From the IMG/VR virus record IMGVR_UViG_3300032007_004036: a stretch of DNA of 20,000 bases; one strand, 5' to 3'. Origin of the DNA: an uncultured virus (IMG/VR IMGVR_UViG_3300032007_004036) (Duplodnaviria > Heunggongvirae > Uroviricota > Caudoviricetes). The notes under the pieces were generated by a model. It did not search any database. It was not told where the DNA came from and worked only from the letters and a program-made list of their open reading frames with translations. Below, piece by piece: positions 8,716 through 17,218 of the stretch. The position numbers were made by a program, and so were the translations under genes. Numbering within the stretch: the first letter of the stretch is position 1; each line of letters starts with the position of its first letter.

Positions 8716-11418
8716 TTAATTTCCAAAGAATGCTTGTTTAAGTATTCCGCCAATAGTATATTTTATTTTATACGGCTTTCCATTATTAGGGGGATAAACA
8801 ACAAATTCACCCACTCTATTACCGTTTTCCCATCTTCCAGCATATCTTGTGCCGTCTTTATCAAAATAAACTCCTGTGCCATGGCATTTATTGTTAGCCC
8901 AGTTACCTTTGTATATAGTACCGTCTGTATTGACACAGATTGCATATCCATTTAATTGATTATTAATGAAATTTCCTTCATTAACCAAACCGTTATCCAG
9001 TTCAAGTTTACCTTTTCCGTGCCTTTTTCCGTTTATTATTTCACCGGTGTATTTTCCATTGGTGTACGCTACAATACCTCTGCCTGTCCAGAATTCATCA
9101 TCTTTGAATTCACCTTCAAACGTTCCTCCGGCTTTATAAGTCACCTTTCCTTTTCCTTGGCGGTTATTATTCTGCCATTCACCTTCGTATATATCTCCGT
9201 TTTGATATATCATTTTTCCATAACCGTTGCGTTTCCCTTCAGATACAGTTCCGTTGTATGACCTACCGTCATTTAAGTAAATTAAACCATTACCAGACCA
9301 GAAATCATCATTTTTGAATTCGCCTTCAAATACCTCTCCGTTCGTATAAGTTACCTTACCCCTGCCTTGACGTTTACCATTTAGCCACTCCCCTTCGTAT
9401 ATATCTCTGGTTTTACATATAAATTTTCCGTAGCCGTTGAATTTCCCTTGAGATAATTCTCCATTGTATGATACTTTATCAGAGTAAATGACTAAGCCCT
9501 TGCCAGACCAGAATTCATTATCTTTGAATTCGCCTTCAAAAACCTCTCCGGTTGCGTATGAAACTTTTCCTCTTCCATTACGTTTATCATTCACCCATTC
9601 TCCTGTATAGGAATTACCGTTTTTTGTTATCAACTCGCCATTTCCGTGTCGATTATCGTTCAACCAATCTCCTTCGTATACATCACCATTTTCATACATC
9701 AGCTTTCCTTTACCATTGAACTTACCTTCACTTAATTCACCAATGTATGAGTTCCCGTCAGAGAAGTTAACCAAGCCCTTACCACTCCATGGGATTTCAT
9801 CTTTAATCTCACCTTCAAATGTTTCTCCGTTTTTATACATGATCTTTCCTTGGAAATGACGTCCTTTATCCGACCATTCTCCTTCATAAACGTCTCCGTC
9901 CTGATCTATGAGTTTTCCATTACCGTTAAGAGAACCTTCTAGTATTTCTCCTATGTATGAGGGACCGTCAGGATAGTTGACAAGACCGTTTCCTTTCCAG
10001 ACAACACCGTCCTTGAATTCACCTTCAAACGTCTCTCCGGTCGTATATATTATTTTTCCGCTGCCATTAGCCTTGTCGTCAGCCCATTCTCCTTCGAAGA
10101 TTTCTCCAGTTGTATATTTGATTTTTCCTTTGCCATTGCGCTGACCTTCGGATAATTCACCAGTATATGCTCCGTCAGAGTAATTAATCAGACCGTGCCC
10201 CGACCACCTTTTATCATCCTTAAATTCACCTTCAAATGTCTCACCGTTTACATATAGAATTTTTCCTTTTCCATGGCGCTTATCGTTAATCCATTCTCCT
10301 TCATATACATCGCCATTTTTGTATGTTAGCTTTCCTATACCATGTCGATTACCAAGTTTCCATTCACCTTCATATATATTACCACTGCTATACTCAATAC
10401 GTCCTTTTCCGTTTGGCTTACCGGCAAAAGTTTCTCCGCTATACATTCCATTATCAATAATGAGTTCTTTTGTTTCACGGCTATTCTGAGAGCTGCTTTG
10501 CGGTTTAGCCGGTGCTTCTGTTTCAGTTTTAACGATCTTCTTGATGCCTCTTACAAGATCCTGCATAAAGCCGAGCTTGGACATATCCTGTGCCTGAAAC
10601 ATCGAAAGCGCGTCTGGCAGTTCATAAGGATCCATATCTTTGTATGCAGGGATTATGGTACGACTGCGATCCTCCTGCATGAGCATAAGATAACGCGACC
10701 ATTCGTTGCGCACCCATACGGCATTGTAATAATCTGGTTTTGTACCAATAACAACCATGACCTTAGAACTCTTAAGTGCAGCAAATATGTAAGGCTCATA
10801 TTCGCTTCCAAGCTTTGATTCGAGTGTAATACGCGAAAAGAACACCTTGAACCCTTCCTGTGTGAGACCATAGTAAAGTTCCTGCGCAAGAACTGAATCG
10901 CGTGTGCGTCTTCCGTCCTCGTCAGTTTCCTTGTAACATATGAAAACGTCAAACGGCTCTTCCTTTTTGGATATTTCAATAATTCCTTTTTGCACATTGT
11001 CGATGTAAGCAGCCTCGCTTTCATAAATGCTTCGTTGTAGCAGATCAGCATATTCAAGTGCAATATGGTAGTCGGGATCATCCAATATCGAACGAATCTG
11101 TGTGCGATGACAGGTAGGTATTTTTTTCTTTGTAAGAGGATCGTCAACGTATTCTATTCCATATCTGCATAATAACATTGACCAATAAAGCTCAGAATCG
11201 CCTTCAGAACTGTTTGACATTTTTTCATAAATCTCTGCCGCCTTATCAAATTCGCACTGTTGACGAAAATGATTTGCGCGGTTAAACATATTCAGGTTAC
11301 GTTCATTATCGGTTTTGGGGAGTGTTTGCTTGGTGCCGCAATATTCACATTCGCAAATCGTCATTCCTTCAGATATCTCAAGCGTACCTCCACACATTTT
11401 ACATTTATATACTGCCAT
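8716..11418 (-). CDS. Zn-ribbon-TPR-TIR-MORN repeat protein (900 aa)
   Basis: CKMC..CEYC Zn ribbon and TPR-like helices. TIR at aa ~155-295 (FDVFICYKE, VFFSR, WVRNEW with Glu239). 24 MORN repeats (YEGEW..GKRHGKG type). AAGGAG RBS. Confidence 0.92.
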   Translation of the reverse strand: MAVYKCKMCGGTLEISEGMTICECEYCGTKQTLPKTDNERNLNMFNRANHFRQQCEFDKAAEIYEKMSNSSEGDSELYWSMLLCRYGIEYVDDPLTKKKIPTCHRTQIRSILDDPDYHIALEYADLLQRSIYESEAAYIDNVQKGIIEISKKEEPFDVFICYKETDEDGRRTRDSVLAQELYYGLTQEGFKVFFSRITLESKLGSEYEPYIFAALKSSKVMVVIGTKPDYYNAVWVRNEWSRYLMLMQEDRSRTIIPAYKDMDPYELPDALSMFQAQDMSKLGFMQDLVRGIKKIVKTETEAPAKPQSSSQNSRETKELIIDNGMYSGETFAGKPNGKGRIEYSSGNIYEGEWKLGNRHGIGKLTYKNGDVYEGEWINDKRHGKGKILYVNGETFEGEFKDDKRWSGHGLINYSDGAYTGELSEGQRNGKGKIKYTTGEIFEGEWADDKANGSGKIIYTTGETFEGEFKDGVVWKGNGLVNYPDGPSYIGEILEGSLNGNGKLIDQDGDVYEGEWSDKGRHFQGKIMYKNGETFEGEIKDEIPWSGKGLVNFSDGNSYIGELSEGKFNGKGKLMYENGDVYEGDWLNDNRHGNGELITKNGNSYTGEWVNDKRNGRGKVSYATGEVFEGEFKDNEFWSGKGLVIYSDKVSYNGELSQGKFNGYGKFICKTRDIYEGEWLNGKRQGRGKVTYTNGEVFEGEFKNDDFWSGNGLIYLNDGRSYNGTVSEGKRNGYGKMIYQNGDIYEGEWQNNNRQGKGKVTYKAGGTFEGEFKDDEFWTGRGIVAYTNGKYTGEIINGKRHGKGKLELDNGLVNEGNFINNQLNGYAICVNTDGTIYKGNWANNKCHGTGVYFDKDGTRYAGRWENGNRVGEFVVYPPNNGKPYKIKYTIGGILKQAFFGN
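8790..10443 (-). repeat. MORN repeat array with a 3-unit (~210 bp) super-period
   Basis: GAATTC(A/G)CCTTCAAA recurs at 9106, 9316 and 9526; there are six FEGE(F/I)K..W-type units. Confidence 0.85.
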
Positions 11419-11447
11419 GATTAATACTCCTTATAGTTTTTCCTATA

Positions 11448-12536
11448 TTATTCGCTGATTGAGATATATTTTGAGCTGACATATCCATAAATGACAATAC
11501 TATTGCCCCCTCCCATTGGGTTCTCTCTAAAAGTGTACCATCTGATATAGCACCATTCATTGTTCGTACCAAGTACCTCAACAGAAGCTCCTTTAGGTAT
11601 TTCATCTGCGACTTCAAAATCTGTACCCGGTCCACTTCTCAAATTTAGGCTGGTTGATTCGGTTTCAACTACACCTCGTTTTATGTCTGAATCCCCATAG
11701 AACTCCATATCAGATGGAGCGTTTTCACTGTCAAAAAAGCCTGAATACGGATTAGAACTATTGACGGTTTGGTTATTAATCGGATGCTCCTCATTGATAG
11801 ATGTTGTTTTATCACTGGAATTTGTTGTTTCTTCATTGATTATTTTAAGTTCTGAATCATTTATTATAACTGCTGGAAAACCATCTTCATTTGAAGAGAA
11901 TAAGCGTTCTCCATATGAATTAATCCAATTATCCAAATCGCTATTATATGACCAACCATTATGAAATGTTAGCATACTACCTGGCTTAATTGTAGATGTC
12001 AAACTATTCTTATTTGAAGACAAATCGTGATAAAACTTTTGAATCTCATACCGTGTATCAGGTTGATAGTATGAGATTTCAATGATTCCATCTTTTTGTA
12101 CTACGCTCTTGTTTTCAAATGAATAATATGAATCCGGCAACTGCGTAAGCTCTTGGATAGTGTTGCCTTCATTATCAATTATCAAATAATACATATATAA
12201 GTCATCGTCTTCAATCAAAAACAATATGTTATCATCAAACGATTCACACCAATAATAGTGACCATTAAGCGCAGATAAACAATCATAAACTTGTGCCTTC
12301 GGAATGTTTAATAAATAATATTGATTCGTTTTTGATTCCTTATAAATCACATGTTCTTCATCTAAATATCTTAAATCAGTATATTCTCCGTTACCTAATG
12401 AATTAAAATCAAATACTGTTCCATCAGGCAAACTAAGATATGGTGAAGCAAAGAAGAAACCACTATTATATGGATACTTTGTTTTATCATCAAATCCATT
12501 ACCATCGTTTCTTTTAACAGCTGATTCAAAAAACAT
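11448..12536 (-). CDS. SH3b-domain protein (probably the 3' part of a split gene)
   Basis: C-terminal LNLRSGPGTDFEVADEIPKGASVEVLG..W...GYVSSKYI is an SH3b motif. No signal peptide and no properly spaced RBS (AAGAGG abuts the ATG). Confidence 0.75.
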   Translation of the reverse strand: MFFESAVKRNDGNGFDDKTKYPYNSGFFFASPYLSLPDGTVFDFNSLGNGEYTDLRYLDEEHVIYKESKTNQYYLLNIPKAQVYDCLSALNGHYYWCESFDDNILFLIEDDDLYMYYLIIDNEGNTIQELTQLPDSYYSFENKSVVQKDGIIEISYYQPDTRYEIQKFYHDLSSNKNSLTSTIKPGSMLTFHNGWSYNSDLDNWINSYGERLFSSNEDGFPAVIINDSELKIINEETTNSSDKTTSINEEHPINNQTVNSSNPYSGFFDSENAPSDMEFYGDSDIKRGVVETESTSLNLRSGPGTDFEVADEIPKGASVEVLGTNNEWCYIRWYTFRENPMGGGNSIVIYGYVSSKYISISE

Positions 12537-12581
12537 CCTCTTATCGGTATTATATGTCGTTTTTAATCGGTATGAGTATTC

Positions 12582-13262
12582 TCAAGGAGACAGTGCACCA
12601 CCGCCAAACCCAGCACCAGGCGAAGGTACGCCCATTGCTTCAGTCATTGCTTTTTCAGATACTCTCCAGCCATCGTCAGAAAAGTAAATAACATCAAAAT
12701 TAATGATTTCTTTCTCATCATCCTTGCTTTGAGGTTTTACTTCAACTTCAAGTGCATAACCTTTTTCTATCTTCGGACACTCTCCAGAAAAATTATACGA
12801 GTAATATGACTGAAGTGAATTAATATTATAATCATCCAATTCCGTTTTCCCCTTGATTTTGAATTTTATTTTATAATTTTTTTCAAACATCTTCATTATT
12901 TCCATCGTAGCCCCCCAGTTGCTATTAAAACTATCGATTTTATTTTGACCGATATTGTGATATTGTTCTGATGGCAATGTGCATTTGAACATCAAATCCC
13001 CGTCAACTTTGTTTAATGCTTTTTCAAAATCATTCACAGCGCTTTTATAGCTGGAATAATAAATCCTTCTTCCGCTACTCTTACTACTGTTCTCATTTGT
13101 AGAAGACGGCGATAAAATAAATGAAAAGCCACAACATGAACAGCACCCGAAAACCATTACAAATAAGATTACCAAACCAATCCATAGTAATGTTGAACCT
13201 GATTTAGAACCATTGTTTTCCATAGTCTGAGAGCCATTTGAATTAGGCATAGTATTATTCAT
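12582..13262 (-). CDS. Single-pass membrane protein (226 aa; start at 13262)
   Basis: AAGGGG RBS before ATG 13262. TM helix LLWIGLVILFVMVFG followed by CCSCC, then a small domain ending DDGWRV. Confidence 0.75.
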   Translation of the reverse strand: MNNTMPNSNGSQTMENNGSKSGSTLLWIGLVILFVMVFGCCSCCGFSFILSPSSTNENSSKSSGRRIYYSSYKSAVNDFEKALNKVDGDLMFKCTLPSEQYHNIGQNKIDSFNSNWGATMEIMKMFEKNYKIKFKIKGKTELDDYNINSLQSYYSYNFSGECPKIEKGYALEVEVKPQSKDDEKEIINFDVIYFSDDGWRVSEKAMTEAMGVPSPGAGFGGGALSP

Positions 13263-13296
13263 TATTCTTTCCCCTTGTGCTATAATAGAATTACAC

Positions 13297-13325
13297 ATGA
13301 TATGCACTGCCGCAAATTTCTGCAA
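13297..13325 (-). promoter_or_regulatory. Candidate promoter for TIR/SPFH operon, -35 inside left inverted repeat
   Basis: Minus strand TTGCAG (13325-13320), 17 bp, TATCAT (13302-13297). Confidence 0.45.
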
Positions 13326-13326
13326 T
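13309..13326 (+). repeat. Left arm of 18-bp perfect inverted repeat
   Basis: GCCGCAAATTTCTGCAAT is the exact reverse complement of 14677-14694. Confidence 0.9.
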
Positions 13327-13347
13327 CAAAGTCAACCCCTCACTTTT

Positions 13348-14487
13348 TTACCGAAAAACAGGTATTTTTACTGCAACATCTGACGATAATTCTGACGGCG
13401 AATACACTTTTGATTCAAGCAACTCCATACACGCTATCTTACGCTCCATAGAGGTATGAACATAGCGATTCAGCGTAGTTTCCACGCTCGCGTGACCGAG
13501 TATCTCCGAAAGCGTCTTCACATCGAATCCTGCTTGAAGACAATTCGTAGCAAATGCGTGGCGAAGGCTATGATAGCTGACTGACGGTAAATCTGCTTTT
13601 TTCAGTATTTGTTTGAAACGTCTCTGCAAGGTTCTTGGTTCAATTACTATCTCAGAATTCGATAAAACATAATGATTATCAGCGCTGCGGGATTCCCGCA
13701 GCAGCTTCATAATAAATTTTGTTATTGGAATAGTGCGCTTTGATGTGCGGCTTTTCGGAGTATCTGCTATAATGCGTGTTTTGTGGCTTTCAGTACGTAT
13801 ACGCTGAACTGTTCGTCTGACGGTTATTATGCTTTTCTCAAAGTCAATATCTCGCCACATCAGACCGCAGACCTCACCTACACGAAGTCCCGTATACAAG
13901 CTCAGGAGTATACATAGAGCTGTCGGACTTAGGTTCTTTGTAAGGAACTTGCATAGCTGCCACTGCTGAGTATTTGAAAGCAAGGGCTTCTCTTTTTTCT
14001 GCACTTTAGGAAGTGACACATCTGCCAATATATTGCGAAATCCGTGAATTTTAGATATATACTTAGCCATAGTTTTGAAAACGATAATAATATCTGAAAC
14101 ATACTTCGCGGATAGTCCTCCATCAAGCTTTTTCTGAATATAGCTGTTAATCATCTGCACCGTCAGGGAATCATAGCGAAGTCCGCCAAATTCAGGCATG
14201 ATATGCTTTTCGACCTTCATCTGATAGTTTGCGTAGGTTGAGAGCTTCACTCGAAGCTTTACTGCTGACAGCCACTCGTCAAATAGCTCTTTTACCGTCA
14301 GGCGGCAAGTGGTTTGAGGAGCGGTGACATTCACCTTCAAATCAACAAGCTTTGAACGCACCTCTGTGTAGGAGTGTCCGTATACAGAGCGATATTTAGC
14401 CTTTCCGTAGTCATTATATCCGCATTTATACCGTCCCTCCCAGCGTCCGTCCTTGCGTTTATAAATGTTTTCTCCGCGGCGAGCCAT
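13348..14487 (-). CDS. Tyrosine recombinase/integrase (379 aa; start at 14487)
   Basis: AAGGAGGAGG RBS. N-terminal arm-binding-type MARRGENIYKRKDGRWEGRY. Catalytic residues intact: GLRVGE (R), TPKS (K), HSLRH, LGH, RYVH (Y). Confidence 0.95.
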   Translation of the reverse strand: MARRGENIYKRKDGRWEGRYKCGYNDYGKAKYRSVYGHSYTEVRSKLVDLKVNVTAPQTTCRLTVKELFDEWLSAVKLRVKLSTYANYQMKVEKHIMPEFGGLRYDSLTVQMINSYIQKKLDGGLSAKYVSDIIIVFKTMAKYISKIHGFRNILADVSLPKVQKKEKPLLSNTQQWQLCKFLTKNLSPTALCILLSLYTGLRVGEVCGLMWRDIDFEKSIITVRRTVQRIRTESHKTRIIADTPKSRTSKRTIPITKFIMKLLRESRSADNHYVLSNSEIVIEPRTLQRRFKQILKKADLPSVSYHSLRHAFATNCLQAGFDVKTLSEILGHASVETTLNRYVHTSMERKIACMELLESKVYSPSELSSDVAVKIPVFR

Positions 14488-14676
14488 AGCTCTTCCTCCT
14501 CCTTGACCATATTCCTGACGCACTAAAACTGTTATTTGTAACAAAGCAGACCGGTTCTGATTGTCGAAACTGCTGATTTTTATTTCTTATTAGTGAACAA
14601 TTATCAAAATCTGTTGAATGATATTTCTTTTTATGTTAAAATCGTACATATAAAGTTCAACGTATGATCGCCGTGA

Positions 14677-14694
14677 ATTGCAGAAATTTGCGGC
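14677..14694 (-). repeat. Right arm of 18-bp perfect inverted repeat
   Basis: ATTGCAGAAATTTGCGGC is the reverse complement of 13309-13326. Confidence 0.9.
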
Positions 14695-14702
14695 GAATTT
14701 TT

Positions 14703-14731
14703 TTGACAATGAGACGCAGATATGGTACACT
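14703..14731 (+). promoter_or_regulatory. Sigma-A-like promoter of NTPase gene
   Basis: TTGACA (14703-14708), 17 bp, TACACT (14726-14731), with extended TG. Confidence 0.7.
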
Positions 14732-14772
14732 TATTACATCAATTAAATCATATCATGACGGAGAATAGAATC

Positions 14773-14802
14773 TGCCGCAAAAACAGCATGATTTGCCGCA
14801 AA
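14773..14802 (+). promoter_or_regulatory. 9-bp direct repeat TGCCGCAAA x2 with 12-bp spacer (putative protein-binding site)
   Basis: Copies at 14773-14781 and 14794-14802, immediately before the GGGAGG RBS. Same core as the 18-bp inverted repeat. Confidence 0.65.
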
Positions 14803-14818
14803 TATCGGGAGGTGTGAT

Positions 14819-17140
14819 ATGCTTTCCTTGAATGTTGTATTATCGCTTATAATGCAGGCGAAGCGAAAAGGTAAGGGCATTCTTTCAAACGGAACTGTTT
14901 ATGCTATGCTTATGCTCTGTATTTCGGACTTTTCGTGTGAAAACGAACTTCTGAAATGCTTCAATAATGAGGTCGTTCCGAAAGAAGCAAACAGAAAGCT
15001 TGAAAGATATTTGAGTCGTTTTTTCAGGGACGGCAAAGGGTATCCGTATAATCTGATATGCTTTTCTGAATTTGAAAGCTGTATCGGCAGTACCGATAAA
15101 ATGGCGGTATACTGTCGAAAGCTCAGAACAGTCCTTGACAGTTTTATAGATGAGCAGAAGACAGAGTCGCTTGTATTTACACTTCTCGAGCTTCTGAGAA
15201 ATGACAGGAATGTCGATAAAATAGTTTACGGAAGTGGATATATCCGCAAAGAGGAAATGTTTGGGAGCAGCGCACATCAGAAGCGTATATGCGTAGAAGC
15301 GCTGCTCCTTGGAATGCTCTATCTATGCCATAAAACTGCTGATATATCCCCAAAAACAGAACTTTTGGAATATGTGGGAAAAAGGGCTTTTTTCACCGTC
15401 AGATTCTCTGATAGTACTTCATTTGACCTTGAATACAAGGTCGATGTTATTGAAAATATGTTTGCAGCAGCCAAACGTCAGCAACTGAAAAAACTGCGCT
15501 ATCCGCTTGAATTATGTGTTGACGGAGAAGTAACTGGAGAACTGCCAAAAAACGGCGATCTCTTCCTATGTGGAGTTCACGGCTCGGGCAGAACATCGCT
15601 TATGAAAAGTATCATAAACTCCGACGATTCAGCATTTATCTATATTCCGCTCGAGGGCTATACTTCCGAATTCCACAGCGAATTCAGCAATGAGCCATGC
15701 TGGGTACTCTTAAACGCTTTGATGAAATACCATTATCAGGACGAATATCGGTCATTTGAAATGCTTGTCTTATCCGAAGGCAGGGATACCGCTTTACAGC
15801 AGCTCACAAGTCTTAGCAGGGAATTCAGAAATAAGCCTGTTCACAGCCGCAGCTGGACACTGCTGCTTGACGGACTGAACGACATTGATATCAGCAGCCA
15901 AGAGACATTTATCAGTGAATTGGAGTATATCCATAAAAACTGGAGCAATGTCCGTATCATTGTTTCGGGGTGTGCTGTTCCGAAGAACGATATTTTCAAT
16001 GAGTTCATCATAGCTGAAATTATCGGTATACCGTCGGACTACATAAATGAGAGGTTTGCTGAGAGTAATATAAGCACTGAGCTTAGAGAAATGCTGAAAA
16101 TGCCGGCATTACTTGATATTTACGAAAACAACAGCGACAGTATAAAAACACGGGGCGAGCTGCTTGATGCATTTTTTAATGAATGGCAAGGCAGTGACAC
16201 TGTACGCTTTCTTGTTCAGTTTGCTCTCCCAATGATTGCTAAAAGAATGCTTGAGGATTCCTCGCTTGACAAGCTTTCAAGAGCGGAGGTAATAAAGCTC
16301 ATCAATACAGCTGTCAGAATATACATCAAGAATGATTATGTTTATCAGAGCTGTATTTCAGTTAAAGGCATAGATAAAAAAATCCTGCTCGAAAGCAGGA
16401 AGAATCATAACTGGATAGATATACTTCTGAAAAACACCGGACTTATGGTCGAAGATGATGCAGATGATCTTTCTTTTGTAAACAGATCGTTCCGCGATTA
16501 TTTTGCTGCAAAACACATCATCAATGCCATAGGTATCTTTGAGGACGGCTGCATTATTGCACACGATAATGAGAAATACTTTGAGGAGATAGGTCTTTCC
16601 GGTATATGGTTCGACAATATAGATTTATTCCCTGAGAAACGTAATGTTTACAGGCTTATCGGTGAATTGTGCCGGGAATATGTCAAGAAAGCCGGCAGTG
16701 AGAAACTCTACACAAAGAATCAGCTTGACAGATTCCTTGATATCTGCCGAGGTTTAATAAACGGATACAACGTTGAAAATATCATCACTGTAAGAAAAAT
16801 AATACATAATAACATGGTTTTTCATACGGATTTCGGCTGGCTAAATACACCGCTGCTGCTCCCGTCTGACGTTACGTACAGTTTAGACGGAGAATATCCG
16901 TGTGATTTCTATGGTTGCAGGATATACCGTGTTGCTGACAGCGACAATGATAGTATCTTCAGGAATTGTGACTTTTCAGATGCTGTTTTCCTCGATATGG
17001 AAATAAAGGAAAAGATACATCAGCTTGGCGGTATAGTTGATTTTGAGGATGACAGCTTCATGGATGAGAATTACCGTGAGATGATACTTCCATGGATCAA
17101 ACCGATTCCGCGCAGCAGTTATACTTCCGCGGAAATATAG
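14819..17140 (+). CDS. Degenerate NACHT/STAND-like P-loop NTPase (773 aa)
   Basis: Walker A GVHGSGRT and Walker B LLLDGLND. IIVSG, LKMPALL and FVNRSFRDYFAA (compare FxHxSFQEYFAA). Short pentapeptide-like tail (FRNCDFSDAVF). Confidence 0.7.
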   Translation: MLSLNVVLSLIMQAKRKGKGILSNGTVYAMLMLCISDFSCENELLKCFNNEVVPKEANRKLERYLSRFFRDGKGYPYNLICFSEFESCIGSTDKMAVYCRKLRTVLDSFIDEQKTESLVFTLLELLRNDRNVDKIVYGSGYIRKEEMFGSSAHQKRICVEALLLGMLYLCHKTADISPKTELLEYVGKRAFFTVRFSDSTSFDLEYKVDVIENMFAAAKRQQLKKLRYPLELCVDGEVTGELPKNGDLFLCGVHGSGRTSLMKSIINSDDSAFIYIPLEGYTSEFHSEFSNEPCWVLLNALMKYHYQDEYRSFEMLVLSEGRDTALQQLTSLSREFRNKPVHSRSWTLLLDGLNDIDISSQETFISELEYIHKNWSNVRIIVSGCAVPKNDIFNEFIIAEIIGIPSDYINERFAESNISTELREMLKMPALLDIYENNSDSIKTRGELLDAFFNEWQGSDTVRFLVQFALPMIAKRMLEDSSLDKLSRAEVIKLINTAVRIYIKNDYVYQSCISVKGIDKKILLESRKNHNWIDILLKNTGLMVEDDADDLSFVNRSFRDYFAAKHIINAIGIFEDGCIIAHDNEKYFEEIGLSGIWFDNIDLFPEKRNVYRLIGELCREYVKKAGSEKLYTKNQLDRFLDICRGLINGYNVENIITVRKIIHNNMVFHTDFGWLNTPLLLPSDVTYSLDGEYPCDFYGCRIYRVADSDNDSIFRNCDFSDAVFLDMEIKEKIHQLGGIVDFEDDSFMDENYREMILPWIKPIPRSSYTSAEI

Positions 17141-17160
17141 CCCTGTTTTGGCTTAATCCC

Positions 17161-17189
17161 TTTACTTTTCTGAGTAGCTGTGCTATAAT
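17161..17189 (+). promoter_or_regulatory. Sigma-A-like promoter of SRAP gene
   Basis: TTTACT (17161-17166), 17 bp, TATAAT (17184-17189), with extended TG. Confidence 0.65.
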
Positions 17190-17218
17190 AATGGCAACTA
17201 CAGTTGGAGGTGTCTGCC

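Noticed and set aside
7084..12584. Genome-wide TGA recoding to explain two in-frame TGA continuations
   Set aside because: Long ORFs are intact under the standard code, and TGA ends the dockerin gene right after its last domain and before a terminator.
14488..14544. Upstream start extensions in the track (recombinase 14544; likewise 13325 and 17204)
   Set aside because: RBS positions and family N-termini favour 14487, 13262 and 17219.
13309..14694. IS element with terminal inverted repeats
   Set aside because: The enzyme is a tyrosine recombinase, not a DDE transposase, and the flanks (GCACT / GAATT) show no target-site duplication.
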